From an uncultured Desulfosarcina sp. (lineage in GTDB: Bacteria; Desulfobacterota; Desulfobacteria; Desulfobacterales; Desulfosarcinaceae): a stretch of 64,000 nt of DNA. The notes beneath the pieces are model-generated. The model had not been told where the DNA came from. It made no database searches and saw nothing but the letters and a program-made list of their open reading frames with translations. The stretch is from NCBI GenBank assembly GCA_963674945.2, contig CAXXWQ010000004.1:2400001-2464000 (forward strand). Reading direction: 5' to 3'. The first letter of the stretch is position 1. Every line of letters starts with the position of its first letter. The position numbers were made by a program, and so were the translations under genes. Of the stretch, positions 61,655-64,000 are shown piece after piece.

Positions 61655-64000
61655 TTAATTGGCCAATAATTCCGTTTCTTGCAGTGTAATCGGTTCCAGG
61701 GCGGCATCCACCTGGACTTTCAACTGCTCGCGGGTAAAGCCATGAACATGAATGCCACCCTTGGGACAGGTTGCCGCACAAAGTCCGCACCCCTTGCAGA
61801 GTGCGGCGTCCGTGACAATCCGCCGGGTCGTCACTTCGTCTATGGTTTCTTCCACCAGGGAGATGGCCTTGTACGGGCACACGTCCAGGCAAAGGGCACA
61901 CCCGTCACAAGCGTCGGTAACAAAGGACTTGATGGGATCCAACTGCATGGCAGCCCTGGAAAGGACGACACCTGCCCGGGAGGCGGCTGCCTTGGCCTGG
62001 GCCACGGCCTCGTCGATGGGCTTGGGGTAGTTGCACAGACCGGCCACGAACAGGCCGTCCACACTCATATCCACCGGTCGCAGTTTGGGATGGGCCTCGT
62101 TGACGAACCCCTCCGGATTGCTGCTGAATTTAAAGATGTTCTGCAGCCACTCCGTATCATTGGGCTCGATGGCCGCCGCCAGAATCAGGTAGTCGGCCGT
62201 GATGTCGAGAGTACGCTGGAGGACCGGATCGGCTGTGCGGACCACGATCTCACCGTCGTCGATACGGACCTGGGGCTTGTCTTCGGCATCGAAACGAATG
62301 AATATCACGCCCAGCTCGCGTGCCCGGGTGTAGTGCACCTCCCGGACACCATAGGTGCGGATATCCCGGTAGAGCACAAACACATTCATCCGCGGGTTGA
62401 TGGTTTTCATCTCGATTGCACTTTGCACTGTGTGGGTGCAGCATACCCTGCTGCAATAGGGTCGCCGCCGGTCCCGGGATCCCACGCATTGGATAAAGAC
62501 GGCGCTTTTGGCTTCGGCCACGGTATCCGGATGGCCGGCCAGGAGCGCGTCCAGCTGCAGGTGGGTGAGAATCCGCTCGTGACGGCCGTACATATATTCA
62601 TCCGGCGTGGTCTCCCGGCCTCCGACGGCCAGTACGGCCGCGCCGTAACCGATTGTACGACGGGTGCCGTCGACGTCGATTTCGCTGGAGAAATTGCCCA
62701 CGGATCCGGTTGCCGACAGCAACGTGGTCCGCATCAGGACCTCGATATCCGGATGCGCCGTGACATCTCCAATCAACTGTTCCAACATGGGGCGAATGGC
62801 TTCACCCTGTCCGGTTCGGCCCAGCCGCCAGGCATTGCCGCCCAATCGAGCACTCTTTTCGATCAGAACCGTGGGAAATCCCTGGCCGGCCAACATCAGG
62901 GCGGCCTTCATGCCGGCGATGCCGCCACCGATGACCAATGCCCGCTGCACCACCGCCACCTGGAGCGGATTCAGGCCATAGGCCACCGCAGCCCGCGCCA
63001 CGGCCATGCGGACCTGATCCTTTGCCTTTTCGGTGGCCCGTTCCGGTTCGTTTTGATGAACCCAGGAATTTTGATTGCGGATATTGGCCATTTCCACCAG
63101 ATGGCCGTTGAGGCCCGCCTCTTTCAGCGTGTCCTGAAACAATGGCTCATGGGTCCGCGGGGTGCAGGCGGCGACGACGATGCGGTTGAGCCCGTGTTCT
63201 TTGATCTTGGCGCCGATCATCGCCTGGGTGTCCGTGGAGCAGGTGAACAGATTGTTTTCCACGAGCACCACATGGGGCAGGGTTGCGGCGTATCGGACCA
63301 CGGCCTGAACATCCACCACGTTGGCGATATTGATACCGCACGAACAGACAAACACACCGATGCGGGGCGTTTCGTCGTCCAGCCGGCGTTCGTCCGGATA
63401 AATTTTGGTTTTTGTCAGCGAACCCTTGGCCGACACCAGTGCCCGGCTCACTTCGGCGGCGGCGGTCGATGCCTGGGTGACCGACCGTGGAATGGCCATG
63501 GGCGCCTGGAAGCTGCCGCTGACATAAACGCCGTCCCGGGAGCTGGTCACGGGCCAAAAACTATCGGTCTTGGCAAAATGATGGTCATCCAGGGCAATCC
63601 CCAGTCGCTCGGACAGGGCAATGGCATCCGGGGAAGCTTCCATACCGATGGAGAGCACCGCCATGTCGAAATTCTCGGTGGTCTGGGTGCCGTCTTCAAG
63701 GGTGTAGGTAAACGTCACACCGGTATTTCCAGGTCCCGGATTGATCGTGTGCGGACGCGCACGAACGAACCGCACCTTTTTCTCCACGGCATCTTCATAA
63801 TATCGTTCGAACTCTTTACCGTGACTGCGAATATCCATGTAAAATATGGATTGGGTCAACCCGTCTCCGGAAAGATGCTCCGCGGTGACCAGAGCCTGCT
63901 TGATGGCGTACATGCAACAGACACTGGAACAGTATCCATTGTCGCAGCGGTTGGTGTTCCTGGAGCCCACACACTGCAGCCAGGCGATCTTCTTGGGTTC
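61655..64000 (-). CDS. hdrA: HdrA-like flavo-FeS protein (5' end outside the window)
   Basis: QCVGSR...YCS.VCC twice, GVFVCSCG.NI, ACTPRTHE, GGGIAG, C-terminal ferredoxin. Confidence 0.93.
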   Translation of the reverse strand, partial: EPKKIAWLQCVGSRNTNRCDNGYCSSVCCMYAIKQALVTAEHLSGDGLTQSIFYMDIRSHGKEFERYYEDAVEKKVRFVRARPHTINPGPGNTGVTFTYTLEDGTQTTENFDMAVLSIGMEASPDAIALSERLGIALDDHHFAKTDSFWPVTSSRDGVYVSGSFQAPMAIPRSVTQASTAAAEVSRALVSAKGSLTKTKIYPDERRLDDETPRIGVFVCSCGINIANVVDVQAVVRYAATLPHVVLVENNLFTCSTDTQAMIGAKIKEHGLNRIVVAACTPRTHEPLFQDTLKEAGLNGHLVEMANIRNQNSWVHQNEPERATEKAKDQVRMAVARAAVAYGLNPLQVAVVQRALVIGGGIAGMKAALMLAGQGFPTVLIEKSARLGGNAWRLGRTGQGEAIRPMLEQLIGDVTAHPDIEVLMRTTLLSATGSVGNFSSEIDVDGTRRTIGYGAAVLAVGGRETTPDEYMYGRHERILTHLQLDALLAGHPDTVAEAKSAVFIQCVGSRDRRRPYCSRVCCTHTVQSAIEMKTINPRMNVFVLYRDIRTYGVREVHYTRARELGVIFIRFDAEDKPQVRIDDGEIVVRTADPVLQRTLDITADYLILAAAIEPNDTEWLQNIFKFSSNPEGFVNEAHPKLRPVDMSVDGLFVAGLCNYPKPIDEAVAQAKAAASRAGVVLSRAAMQLDPIKSFVTDACDGCALCLDVCPYKAISLVEETIDEVTTRRIVTDAALCKGCGLCAATCPKGGIHVHGFTREQLKVQVDAALEPITLQETELLAN

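Overview
The window looks like Desulfobacterales (Desulfosarcina-like) DNA; this is inferred from gene content, repeats and SECIS style. About 1-36 kb is an AT-richer, IS-riddled accessory island. It holds an sspBCD-type phosphorothioation operon running into a PbeA-like gene at the left edge, several small orphan genes, and a TerB + HNH/membrane gene pair in which each gene is split by its own IS66 (both 8-bp TSDs visible, both genes rejoin in frame). It also holds an IS1380, a phage-satellite-like replication module (Phd-like regulator, primase-helicase frameshifted at a C8 run, iteron origin interrupted by an IS, HGGxSTG and Rha genes) divergent from a full-length accessory DnaE, a MarR/O-methyltransferase/SDR operon, and a tyrosine recombinase split at an A9 run and enclosed by ~125-bp inverted repeats. 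36-52 kb carries a sigma54 two-component/chemoreceptor cluster, a GH13 enzyme, an MFS transporter and a RAYT remnant. 52-64 kb is GC-rich core-like DNA: a molybdopterin oxidoreductase, MFS, TatD-like hydrolase, two tiny unannotated ORFs, and an hdrA-mvhD-frhB-mvhG-mvhA operon in which MvhD and MvhA are selenoproteins with matching SECIS hairpins. No rRNA, tRNA or CRISPR array was seen. All family calls come from motif recognition by eye, not database searches.
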